Source: an uncultured Clostridium sp. | GTDB lineage: Bacteria > Bacillota > Clostridia > TANB77 > CAG-508 | Assembly (NCBI GenBank): GCA_902496295.1 | Contig: CABVAF010000001.1 | Location: 196,568 to 260,567 of the forward strand | DNA length: 64,000 nucleotides | Direction: 5' to 3' | The notes under the pieces: model-generated | What the model was told of the DNA's origin: nothing | Database searches by the model: none | Seen by the model: only the letters and a program-made list of their open reading frames with translations | Made by a program: the position numbers and the translations under genes | Shown here: piece by piece, positions 26,741-35,832 of the stretch | Layout of the letters: each line of letters opens with the position of its first letter | Numbering within the stretch: the first letter of the stretch is position 1

Positions 26741-27238
26741 TTAATAAGTTATTTTACCATCTAATAAATCATCTTGTTCTATCCAGTCTTTTACGTCTAT
26801 TACATCATATTCTTCGCATTTCTGCCCTCTTACTACTACTTTAGAAATTCCTGCATTTATAATAAGCTTTTTACACATTTGGCAAGAATTTGCCCCTGGT
26901 TCAAACTCACCATTATCTACTCTATATGCTACTAAATATAGGGTTCCTCCAATCATATCTTTTCTTCTTGCACTTATAATAGCATTTTGCTCCGCATGAA
27001 CACTTCTACAAGCATCATATCCAGCATGTCTTACATCTGGAAAGATTTTTTTCTTAGTACAAAAACCTAAGTCTATACAATTTTTTCTACCTCTTGGTGC
27101 TCCATTATATCCTGTAGCTATTATCTCATCATTATTAACAATAATGCATCCAACTTTTTTTCTTAAACATGTACTTCTATCTGCTACAGCTTTTGCTACA
27201 TTTAAGTAGTAATTTACTTTATCTATTCTTTCTGTCAT
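26741..27238 (-). CDS. dCMP deaminase (ComEB-type)
   Basis: 165 aa. Zinc motifs HAEQNAI and SCQMCKKLIINAGI. Confidence 0.85.
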   Translation of the reverse strand: MTERIDKVNYYLNVAKAVADRSTCLRKKVGCIIVNNDEIIATGYNGAPRGRKNCIDLGFCTKKKIFPDVRHAGYDACRSVHAEQNAIISARRKDMIGGTLYLVAYRVDNGEFEPGANSCQMCKKLIINAGISKVVVRGQKCEEYDVIDVKDWIEQDDLLDGKITY

Positions 27239-27393
27239 CTTTTTCTCCTTTATATTTTTTTATCATTCTATCACAAATGAATAGAAACGTCAAAAAGAAA
27301 AACACATAAAACAAAAGAAGCGGAAACTTTTATATTTCCACTTCCTATAATTTTTAATATAACATTAAATATCCTAAAATTTATTTAGGTAAA

Positions 27394-27582
27394 TTAATTA
27401 TTTTCTGCTGCTTTAGCAATAACTTCTTTTCCATCATAATATCCACAGTTTGGACATACTCTGTGTTGTCTAATTTTTTCATGGCAATGTGGACAATCTA
27501 CTAAATTTTGATTTTCTAATTTCCATGTTGATCTTTTTAAATGAGTTCTTGCTTTTGACCATCTTCTTTTTGGTTGTGCCAT
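27394..27582 (-). CDS. rpmF: 50S ribosomal protein L32
   Basis: 62 aa. MAQPKRRWSKARTHLKRS plus zinc ribbon CPHCHE...CPNCGYY. RBS GGGAGGGAG. Confidence 0.85.
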   Translation of the reverse strand: MAQPKRRWSKARTHLKRSTWKLENQNLVDCPHCHEKIRQHRVCPNCGYYDGKEVIAKAAENN

Positions 27583-27726
27583 ATAACTCCCTCCCTTTTC
27601 CTAAGCAAATATATATAGTATAATTTTACAAATTATCTCTAAAGTTAAATACTATAAAATTATATACTATTTGCTTACTATTTGTCAATAGTTTTATTAT
27701 CTTTTAATTTACTGTGATATAATTTT

Positions 27727-29757
27727 CTACTTAGCTACAGTCTCTACTACTATTTTATTACTATTTTCCAGTTGTTTTGCCATTTCTATAATTAAATCTG
27801 CTGCCTTTTCAACACCAACTTTATCACTATTTATGCAAATATCATAATTAGAAAAATCTTTCCACTCTTTTCCTGTATAATATTTATAATGATTTCCTCT
27901 TAATTTATCTATTCTAGCAATTTCCTTTTCAGCTTTATTTTTATCCATATTGTAATATTTTACTGCTCTGTCTATTTTATTATTTATATCACTATATATA
28001 AATACCTTTAATACATTTTCATTTTCTTTTAGTATTTGGTCAGCACATCTTCCAACAATTACACATGGCTCTTTAGAAGATATTTCTTTTATTAGTTCTG
28101 ACTCTTTTACAAATAGTTCATCAGAGTTATTTAAATCTGAATAATACCCACTATTTAGTATATCAAGTACATTTCTTTTTTGTTCATTTTCTTTAATATA
28201 TTGCTCAGACAATCCAGTTTCTTCTGCAACTTTTATTATAAATTCTTTATCATATAATTTTACACCTAATTTTTGTGCTACTAATTTACCTATATATCTT
28301 CCGCCTGAGCCATATTCTCTTGATAATGTAATTACTATATTTGAAGAACTTTGATTTGTAATTTCTAATGGATTTGTAATTAATGGTTTTGTGCTTTCTT
28401 CTGCTTTCTTGAATTTTCTTACTTGTAATATTAAAAGTATAACAGCTATTATAAATGCTAATCCATCTGCAAAAGGTCCTGCATATAATACTCCATGAAT
28501 TCCAAATAGATGTCCAAACATCACCATAGCAGGTATTAAAAATATAATTTGTCTTGATAAAGATAATACTGCACTCTTTACACCTTTTCCGATTGCTTGG
28601 AAGAAAATTCCTGATGGTATTTGAATTCCATTACAAATACATAACATTAAATATGTTCTAAAAGCATCACATGCAAATTCCATATATAATTCATTTCCAC
28701 TACCAAATATCATAATCAATTTATCAGGTATTAATTGGAATAGTAAAAATGCTACTGTACTTACTATTAAACTTAATCCTAGTACATATTTTAAAGTCTT
28801 TTTAACTCTAGCATAATTTTGTGCTCCGTAATTATATCCCATAATTGGTTGAGATCCTGCTGCTATTCCTATTATTATACTGTTTAAAATTTGACTAATT
28901 TTCATAACTATACCGAATACAGTAATAGGTATTTCAGCACCAAACTTTGACTCTGCACCATATTTTCCTAGTAAATTATTTTCAAATGCCATAACTATAA
29001 CTATACTCATCTGAGTAATAAAACTGCTTATACCTAACATTGAAACTCTACCTGCTATAGATGGCTTTAGCTTTATGTCTTGTTTAGTAATTTCAATTGA
29101 TTTTAGTCTTTTTAAATATACAATATTCATTGCAAATGTAACAAACTGGCTAATAGATGTTGCTATAGCTGCTCCTTCTACTCCCATTTTGAAAATAAAT
29201 ATAAATATTGGATCTAATATAATATTTAAAATTGCACCTATTACCATAGATGTCATAGCATATTTTGGACTACCATCTGCTCTTATAATAGAATTTAGAG
29301 TAGTCCCTACCATCATAAATGGTAAACCTAATGCTATATAAAAACCATACCCTAATGCATCTTCTCTTAATGCATCAGTACATCCAAATAAATTTAAAAT
29401 TTGTGGTAAAAATCCTACAATAATTGCAAAAAATAGTATTGAGACAATTATTGAGATAAGAACTCCATTTGCTACACCTTTACTTGCTTCTTTCTTATTT
29501 TTCTCTCCAAGTTTAAGGCTTAAGTATGCTGAGCTTCCATCTCCAAACATTAATGCAAAAGCTAAACAAAGCATTGTAATTGGGAACACCACGTTTGTGG
29601 CTCCATTACCTATGTATCCTACTCCCCAACCTATAAATATTTGGTCAACTATGTTATATAAAGAGTTAACCACTAGAGAGATTATACATGGTATAGAAAA
29701 TTTTCTAATTAGTTTTCCTATTTTTTCGTAACCTAAAATGTTTTCTTCTTTTTCCAA
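27727..29757 (-). CDS. MATE-family efflux transporter fused to a C-terminal cytidylate-kinase-like (PF13189-like) domain
   Basis: One uninterrupted ORF of about 450 aa with 12 TM (MATE), then ITLSREYGSGGRYIGKLVAQKLGVKLYDKEFI...GRCADQIL. The likely start is TTG 29757, with AAAGGAGGA 7 nt upstream. The track ATG at 29787 lacks an RBS. Confidence 0.8.
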   Translation of the reverse strand: MEKEENILGYEKIGKLIRKFSIPCIISLVVNSLYNIVDQIFIGWGVGYIGNGATNVVFPITMLCLAFALMFGDGSSAYLSLKLGEKNKKEASKGVANGVLISIIVSILFFAIIVGFLPQILNLFGCTDALREDALGYGFYIALGLPFMMVGTTLNSIIRADGSPKYAMTSMVIGAILNIILDPIFIFIFKMGVEGAAIATSISQFVTFAMNIVYLKRLKSIEITKQDIKLKPSIAGRVSMLGISSFITQMSIVIVMAFENNLLGKYGAESKFGAEIPITVFGIVMKISQILNSIIIGIAAGSQPIMGYNYGAQNYARVKKTLKYVLGLSLIVSTVAFLLFQLIPDKLIMIFGSGNELYMEFACDAFRTYLMLCICNGIQIPSGIFFQAIGKGVKSAVLSLSRQIIFLIPAMVMFGHLFGIHGVLYAGPFADGLAFIIAVILLILQVRKFKKAEESTKPLITNPLEITNQSSSNIVITLSREYGSGGRYIGKLVAQKLGVKLYDKEFIIKVAEETGLSEQYIKENEQKRNVLDILNSGYYSDLNNSDELFVKESELIKEISSKEPCVIVGRCADQILKENENVLKVFIYSDINNKIDRAVKYYNMDKNKAEKEIARIDKLRGNHYKYYTGKEWKDFSNYDICINSDKVGVEKAADLIIEMAKQLENSNKIVVETVAK

Positions 29758-30034
29758 AATACTTCCTCCTTTTCGTTTATTTTTCATTATAAAAAAGCAC
29801 TGTCTTTTTTATCTATCCTTGTACGTATTTTTAAGCACAAAAAGACAACACTTTTTAGGTGTTGTACGTTTATTATTACAAAATATATAACAAACTGTTG
29901 CCCCTTAAATATAAATTTAACATATTATATTGTATAAAATTTTTTAAGAAAAGTCAAATATAAAGTTAATTTTTTTGTAATTTTCAGGGCAGTTTTTTAT
30001 ATTTTTCTTATAATTTTTAATAATTTATAGAAAT

Positions 30035-30298
30035 TTACTTTTTAGTATAATCTCTCTCTATTGTATCAGCTAATTCAAATCTAACTTTTTGTCCTGTAAC
30101 ATTATCTGGTCTTTCAGGAATTGCTTCTAAAAACATCTTTTCAGGTCTTACCCATATGGCTCTTCCATCTTCTCTTGGATATAATGGTTTATATACAACC
30201 ATTCTTTCCTTTGTCTCTGAATCATAAGCTACATTCTCTACAAAATAGTAATTTCCTTTAAAGTGGCGATACACTCTTCCAATTTTTACTTCTTCCAT
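30035..30298 (-). CDS. DUF1653-family protein
   Basis: 87 aa. YRHFKGNYYFV...SETKERMVVYKPLY...WVRPEKMF matches the DUF1653 pattern as I remember it. Confidence 0.7.
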   Translation of the reverse strand: MEEVKIGRVYRHFKGNYYFVENVAYDSETKERMVVYKPLYPREDGRAIWVRPEKMFLEAIPERPDNVTGQKVRFELADTIERDYTKK

Positions 30299-30530
30299 AT
30301 AAATCCTCCTTAAACTTAAGCTTTTTTAATAATTTAATAGAATTATTTTCATGCCTAAATTTGTCCTTATTATACTTTTAAAAAAGAATAATTTCAATAT
30401 TTCTGAGTAATTTTTTATTTATCTTTTGTATATTAAATTAATTAATATATTTTTAATTTTAAACTAATTTATGACTTTATTACTATATTTTGCATATACT
30501 ACTTATAAATGCGTTTTAGAGAGGTAATTT

Positions 30531-32378
30531 ATGTGTGGAATTTGTGGTTTTGTTAATCTAAAGAAAAAAATTGACAATGAAAAGGATGAATTAGTAAGTA
30601 TGACTAACTCTATAGCAAGACGTGGTCCAGATGAAAACGGTTATGCTTGTTTTGAAAATGCAATGCTTGGTCACAGAAGATTAATTGTTGTAGACCCAGA
30701 TGGTGGAAAGCAACCAATGACATTTAAATTTAATGAAAATACTTACACTATGGTTTACAATGGCCAAATATACAATGCTAATGAATTACGTAATATTTTA
30801 AAGGAGAATGGATTTAATTTTGAAGGTCATTCAGATACAGAAGTTTTATTAAAATCATTTGTATACTTTGGAAAAGATGTTGTAAAACATTTAAACGGAA
30901 TTTTTGCATTTGCAATATGGAATGAGAACAAAAAAGAATTATTTATGGCAAGAGACCATTTTGGAGTTAAACCTTTGTTTTATACTTTAAAAGATAATTC
31001 ACTTATATTTGGCTCGGAAATTAAAGCTATTGCTAGCTATCATTCCATAGATTTAGTCTTAGATAATACTGGAATAGGAGAATTATTAGGTGTGGGTCCT
31101 GCACATACACCCGGCTTAACAGTATTTAAAGATATTTTCGAGTTAAAGCCTGCAAGCTATTTAATATATAATAGCGATGGTTTATATACAGATAAATACT
31201 GGAAGTTAATTAGCAAACCTCATACAGATAGTTTAGGAAAAACTTGTGACAAAGTTAGATTTTTATTGGAAGATACTATAAAAAGGCAACTTGTATCTGA
31301 TGTTCCCCTTTGTACATTTCTTTCTGGAGGGTTGGATTCAAGTATAGTAACATTATACGCAGCAAACTATTGTAAAGATAATGGTATACCACCTTTAAAT
31401 ACCTATTCAATAGATTACGTAGATAATGACAAAAACTTTGTTAAGAGCGATTTTCAACCAAACTCAGATAATAAATATATAGATATAATGGTAGACTTTC
31501 TCCATACAAACCATCACAAAATAATTGTTGATACTCCCGAACTTGCAGAAAGCTTGGAATCTGCAATGATAGCTAGAGATTGTCCTGGAATGGCAGATGT
31601 TGACTCTTCTTTGCTACTTTTCTGTAAAAATGTAAAGCAAGATATGGTAGTGGCTTTAACTGGTGAATGTGCAGACGAAATATTTGGAGGATATCCTTGG
31701 TTCTTTAGAGAAGATGCGCTAAGAAGCGGAACATTCCCTTGGTCAATTGCAATAGAAGAAAGACAAAAATTACTTAATCCGGAAATATCTTTAAAATTTA
31801 ATTTAAAATCATATATAGATTATAGATATAATGAAAGTTTATCCGAAGTAGAAATTTTAGATGATGATACTAGTGAAACTGCAGAAAAGAGAAAAATAAC
31901 TCATTTAACACAAAATTGGTTTATGCAAACACTACTGGACCGTTCAGATAGAATGGGAATGTTTAATGGGTTTGAATTAAGAGTTCCATTTTGTGACTAT
32001 AGACTAGCAGAATATGTATGGAACATTCCATGGGAATTAAAAGCTCTTAATGGACGTGAGAAAGGATTACTTAGATATGTAATAAAAGGTAAACTTCCTG
32101 ATGAAATTATAGATAGAAAAAAGAGTCCATATCCTAAAACTCAAAACCCAACCTATTTAAAAAAGGTAAAAGAAATGCTTACAGAAATAATGAAAAAGCC
32201 AGACGCTTCTATAAAGAAACTTTTAAATGAAACATATATATGGGAAATAATTAACACAAATGGTAATGCATTTACTAGACCTTGGTTTGGTCAATTAATG
32301 ACTGGGCCACAACTTATGGCATATCTTTGCCAAGTAAATATGTGGCTAGATAGGTATCAACCTAAAATTGAGATATAA
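30531..32378 (+). CDS. asnB: Asparagine synthase (glutamine-hydrolysing)
   Basis: 615 aa. N-terminal nucleophile MCGI, GHRRL, PP-loop FLSGGLDSS. Confidence 0.9.
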   Translation: MCGICGFVNLKKKIDNEKDELVSMTNSIARRGPDENGYACFENAMLGHRRLIVVDPDGGKQPMTFKFNENTYTMVYNGQIYNANELRNILKENGFNFEGHSDTEVLLKSFVYFGKDVVKHLNGIFAFAIWNENKKELFMARDHFGVKPLFYTLKDNSLIFGSEIKAIASYHSIDLVLDNTGIGELLGVGPAHTPGLTVFKDIFELKPASYLIYNSDGLYTDKYWKLISKPHTDSLGKTCDKVRFLLEDTIKRQLVSDVPLCTFLSGGLDSSIVTLYAANYCKDNGIPPLNTYSIDYVDNDKNFVKSDFQPNSDNKYIDIMVDFLHTNHHKIIVDTPELAESLESAMIARDCPGMADVDSSLLLFCKNVKQDMVVALTGECADEIFGGYPWFFREDALRSGTFPWSIAIEERQKLLNPEISLKFNLKSYIDYRYNESLSEVEILDDDTSETAEKRKITHLTQNWFMQTLLDRSDRMGMFNGFELRVPFCDYRLAEYVWNIPWELKALNGREKGLLRYVIKGKLPDEIIDRKKSPYPKTQNPTYLKKVKEMLTEIMKKPDASIKKLLNETYIWEIINTNGNAFTRPWFGQLMTGPQLMAYLCQVNMWLDRYQPKIEI

Positions 32379-32384
32379 AATGAT

Positions 32385-32411
32385 AAGGAGGTCACAATTT
32401 GCGACCTCCTT
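32385..32411. terminator. Hairpin between convergent asnB and the last gene of the EPS locus
   Basis: AAGGAGGTC (32385-32393) pairs perfectly with GACCTCCTT (32403-32411). The U-runs are weak. Confidence 0.5.
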
Positions 32412-32437
32412 TACTTGGTTACTTATTAAATTTAATT

Positions 32438-33217
32438 TTATTTCCAGCCTCCTAAGAATGTCTTTTTCAATTCTATTGGGTCATCTATATCCAATTCTTC
32501 ATCATTTAATATATAACTTGGATTTTCTGTTGTAAGTTCTAATGTCTTTTCCTCGCCTATCCATTTTTCTAATAGTTTTAAAGCTTCTGGTATATGTTTA
32601 TATACCGTATTTATTCTATGGTTGTCTGAGCCTAAAAAATGTATCATATTATGTGTTAGAAGCTTTTTGGCTGTTTCTTTTATATCATTTCCATACATTC
32701 CAATGATACTTCCATAATTTGATTGGAATAATACCCCTTGCTCTATATATTCTAATAGCATATTTGGATTTTCTCTTACATAATTATATCTTTCTGGATG
32801 CGCTACTATTGGAATTTTTCCCTCTTGTAATAACAAGTATATAACTTGATCCATGTTTATTGGCTTTGTTTGCATAGGAAACTCAATTAATACATACCTG
32901 CTATTATTTAAGCACATAGCTTTTTTAGAATTTATAAATTCTATTATATTTTCTGTAGCATAAATTTCATTTCCTTGATGTATTTTTATGTTTATTCCTT
33001 CTGCTAAATCTTTTATGTTAGAAATTCTACTTGTTATTTCATCGCATGGTACCTCGTAATAATCTTCCATATAATGTGGTGTGAAAATTACATCTGTAAA
33101 TCCAACTTTTTTTGCCTCTTTTAACATAGTAATGGTGTCTTCTATGCTTTTAGAACCATCATCAACACCATATACTAGATGTGAATGTATATCAATCATC
33201 ATTTTCTCTCTTTTCAT
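32438..33217 (-). CDS. PHP-family protein-tyrosine phosphatase (CpsB/YwqE type)
   Basis: MIDIHSHLVYGVDDGS, TPHY, HPERY, SDNH metal motifs. The start may be ATG 33199 or 33202 rather than 33217. Confidence 0.87.
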   Translation of the reverse strand: MKREKMMIDIHSHLVYGVDDGSKSIEDTITMLKEAKKVGFTDVIFTPHYMEDYYEVPCDEITSRISNIKDLAEGINIKIHQGNEIYATENIIEFINSKKAMCLNNSRYVLIEFPMQTKPINMDQVIYLLLQEGKIPIVAHPERYNYVRENPNMLLEYIEQGVLFQSNYGSIIGMYGNDIKETAKKLLTHNMIHFLGSDNHRINTVYKHIPEALKLLEKWIGEEKTLELTTENPSYILNDEELDIDDPIELKKTFLGGWK

Positions 33218-33264
33218 TTAATATTAAATTAATACTATTAATTTAAAAATATTTTCTATAATTA

Positions 33265-34095
33265 CTAATTGTCTTCCTCTTCTGAATTCTTATTGCCATC
33301 TATGTTGTATAATTTTCCATTTTCTTGGGTTTCAGGTTTTATCCTTGATGCAAAATCCACTTTATTTTTACTAGACCTTTTATGTGTAGGCGCTACAGAT
33401 GTAGAAGAACCATAATAATAAGAAGCATAATATTCTTTTTGTGCTATAGGCATCTTATTTATAACAACACCTGCAATTTTTCCACCTACATTTAATATAT
33501 CTCTTTTTACTCTCTCTAGGTCATCTATTTTTGTATATTTATAAGCACATACTATAATAGTACTATCTACATTTCTAGAAATAATAAGAGCATCTGTAAC
33601 TAAATTTGTTGGTGTTCCATCATAAATTACAATATCACACATATCCTCTAGTTTTTTCATTGTTTCTGCCATTTTCTCTGAAACAAGCAATTCTGATGGG
33701 TTTGGAGGTATGCTTCCTGCTGTTATTAAATATAAGTTTTGCACTTCTGTTTTTCTTATATAAGACTCAATATTTATATCTCCATTTTCACCATTTGAAT
33801 TAATACCAGATAAGTAGTTAGAAAGTCCTGGTGCTGGTGGAACTGAAAAAACAGAAAATAATCTTCCTTTTCTCATATCACAATCTACTAATATAACTCT
33901 TTTTCCAGCTTGAGCGAATGTAGTAGCTAAGTTAGAAGATACCCAGCTTTTACCTTCTGATGGTGAAGTTGATGTAACTAATAAAGACTTTAGCCCACTC
34001 TTAGTATTCATAAATTGTATATTTGTTCTTAAAGTTCTAAACAATTCCGATATAGGGGATTTAGGTTCTCTTGCAGCAATTAATTCTTTCTTCAT
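33265..34095 (-). CDS. BY-kinase catalytic subunit (CpsD/YwqD type)
   Basis: Walker A SPSEGKS, A' VILVDCDMRKG, B VIYDGTP. C-terminal tyrosine cluster YYASYYYG. Confidence 0.87.
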   Translation of the reverse strand: MKKELIAAREPKSPISELFRTLRTNIQFMNTKSGLKSLLVTSTSPSEGKSWVSSNLATTFAQAGKRVILVDCDMRKGRLFSVFSVPPAPGLSNYLSGINSNGENGDINIESYIRKTEVQNLYLITAGSIPPNPSELLVSEKMAETMKKLEDMCDIVIYDGTPTNLVTDALIISRNVDSTIIVCAYKYTKIDDLERVKRDILNVGGKIAGVVINKMPIAQKEYYASYYYGSSTSVAPTHKRSSKNKVDFASRIKPETQENGKLYNIDGNKNSEEEDN

Positions 34096-34799
34096 TATTT
34101 TTTACCTCCCTTTACTTTCTTAAAGTCACATTCTGGTATAGAAGTTAATACTGTAAGACCTAGCTTCTTTTCTATATCTTCTTTACTCTTAACTGTTGTA
34201 TCAAGCATATTTGCAATTAAAACATATATACATGCTATAACAAAACCAGCAGCAGCAAATATAATTATATCTTTTATATGGTTAATATTATATGGCTCAC
34301 TCTCTGCTCTTGCTTCATCTACAACATATACATTATCCATATTATAATACTGTTGTGCTATTTGTGTAATAAAAACTTGTGCAGCTTCATTAGCAATTCT
34401 ACGTGCCATTTCGCTATCTGCATCAGTTACACTTATTTCAATAATTTCTGTATCATCTTTTGCTGAAACTTGGATGTTTTGTTTCAAATTTTCTACAGTT
34501 TTGTCTATTTTTAAGTTATTTATAACTTGTGTTAAAACTTTTTCAGTTTTAATTAAATCACTATATGTAGAAACTAATTTCTGATTTAATGTAATTTCTG
34601 TTGATGTAATTGTTCCATCATCAGATTGTGCTGTATTAGACTTCGCCAATAGTATAGATGTAGTAGATTTATATTCTGGTTTTAATAAAACATAAGAATA
34701 TATAAAACCAATAACTACAGCTATTGCTACAATTAAGATAATTTCAAACTTTTTTGTCCAAAAAATGTTAAACAAATCTTTTAAATCTAATTCGTCCAT
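34095..34799 (-). CDS. Polysaccharide chain-length/BY-kinase modulator (Wzz/CpsC/YwqC type)
   Basis: 234 aa with two TM helices flanking a helical periplasm-like domain. Its stop overlaps the kinase start. Confidence 0.8.
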   Translation of the reverse strand: MDELDLKDLFNIFWTKKFEIILIVAIAVVIGFIYSYVLLKPEYKSTTSILLAKSNTAQSDDGTITSTEITLNQKLVSTYSDLIKTEKVLTQVINNLKIDKTVENLKQNIQVSAKDDTEIIEISVTDADSEMARRIANEAAQVFITQIAQQYYNMDNVYVVDEARAESEPYNINHIKDIIIFAAAGFVIACIYVLIANMLDTTVKSKEDIEKKLGLTVLTSIPECDFKKVKGGKK

Positions 34800-34879
34800 G
34801 ATTTAATTCCCTTCTATTTAGCCTTCAATTTACATTCTATAAGGTTATATAAGATTATAGTATATTTTTAAATTCTATT

Positions 34880-35659
34880 CTATTTTATTTCTATATCTTT
34901 ATATTTTACTAATTTTACAACTGCAAATGCAACCACTGCAATAATTAATACTATAAAAAATATATTTACACCTGTTTGTGGTAACTTAGAATCTGGAGAT
35001 ATTGTATTGTCTTTACTGTTATTAACTGTACTTCCAGTTTCTTTGTTTGAACCCGTTGTATTAATTACTATATTTTCTGAGTTAGTCTCATTCTTAGTTT
35101 CATTTGTTGTTTCATTAGCTACTTCATTTGTAATTTCATTTTGAACATTGTTGTTTTCTTCATCATTATTGTTATCTTCATTTTCCTGTGGTTTTATTGT
35201 ATAATTAGCTGAATAAGTAGCATAAGTCTCGTCTAATAAATTTCCATCTGATATATTAAACTCTGTTATAGAAATTGTTCCAGATACTTCTTCTGTAACA
35301 TCATCTCTTAACTCAAAAGTTAATTCTGCAAATTGAGTATTAGAACTAGCTTTATCGTTTTCTAAAAGTACTGTCTTTTTTTCATTTGAAATTGTTATTC
35401 TCCAGTTATCTGTCGTTCTTCCAGATACTTTTGATATATTTGCTTCGTCATACGCTAATGTCATAGAAGCACTCATTACAGAGTCTTCTTCTACTCCAAC
35501 AAAATCTCCAGTTGATATTTTTATAGTTACTTTATTTCCTTCTTTTACAGTTTCAAATTTTATATTTGCTGTTGCCTCTGTTGCAGGTTCTGTTGCATAT
35601 ACCGTACATCCTAAACAAAGCAAACAAACTAATAAAATAATTGATACTACTTTTTTCAT
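34880..35659 (-). CDS. Cell-wall-anchored protein with a single cohesin-like domain and LPQTG sorting signal
   Basis: Signal peptide. A roughly 135-aa beta-rich domain (NIKFETVKEGNKVTIKIS...MTLAYDEANISKV...FAELTFEL...GTISITEFNISDG) fits the cohesin pattern by eye. N/E/T-rich linker. LPQTG (34970-34984) plus TM plus KLVKYK tail. Confidence 0.55.
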   Translation of the reverse strand: MKKVVSIILLVCLLCLGCTVYATEPATEATANIKFETVKEGNKVTIKISTGDFVGVEEDSVMSASMTLAYDEANISKVSGRTTDNWRITISNEKKTVLLENDKASSNTQFAELTFELRDDVTEEVSGTISITEFNISDGNLLDETYATYSANYTIKPQENEDNNNDEENNNVQNEITNEVANETTNETKNETNSENIVINTTGSNKETGSTVNNSKDNTISPDSKLPQTGVNIFFIVLIIAVVAFAVVKLVKYKDIEIK

Positions 35660-35711
35660 TATTTTTCTCTCCTTTTTTCATTTCTTCTTATGCTATTCTA
35701 CTATAAATGTT

Positions 35712-35740
35712 ATTATATAACAAGTTTTTCCTTTTTACAA
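35712..35740 (-). promoter_or_regulatory. Candidate promoter for the cohesin-like gene (TTGTAA-17-TATAAT)
   Basis: On the minus strand, the -35 is at 35735-35740 and the -10 at 35712-35717. AATATTACA direct repeats lie just upstream at 35753-35761 and 35764-35772. Confidence 0.4.
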
Positions 35741-35832
35741 TTACATTGCAATAATATTACAAAAATATTACATTTTGAATAGATATCCTATTAAAAATAA
35801 CTGGTAATTTCAAAGAGATGCATTAGGAGAAC

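Noticed and set aside
30299-30530. T-box or other riboswitch upstream of asnB
   Set aside because: The leader is short and almost pure A/T. I could not find a specifier/T-box motif or a stable stem.
35080-35200. Nucleotide-level tandem repeats in the N/E/T-rich linker of the cohesin-like gene, and similar S/E/Q-rich tracts at 56230-56340 and 20930-21060
   Set aside because: These are imperfect codon-level low complexity encoding disordered linkers. They are not discrete repeat units or mobile sequences.
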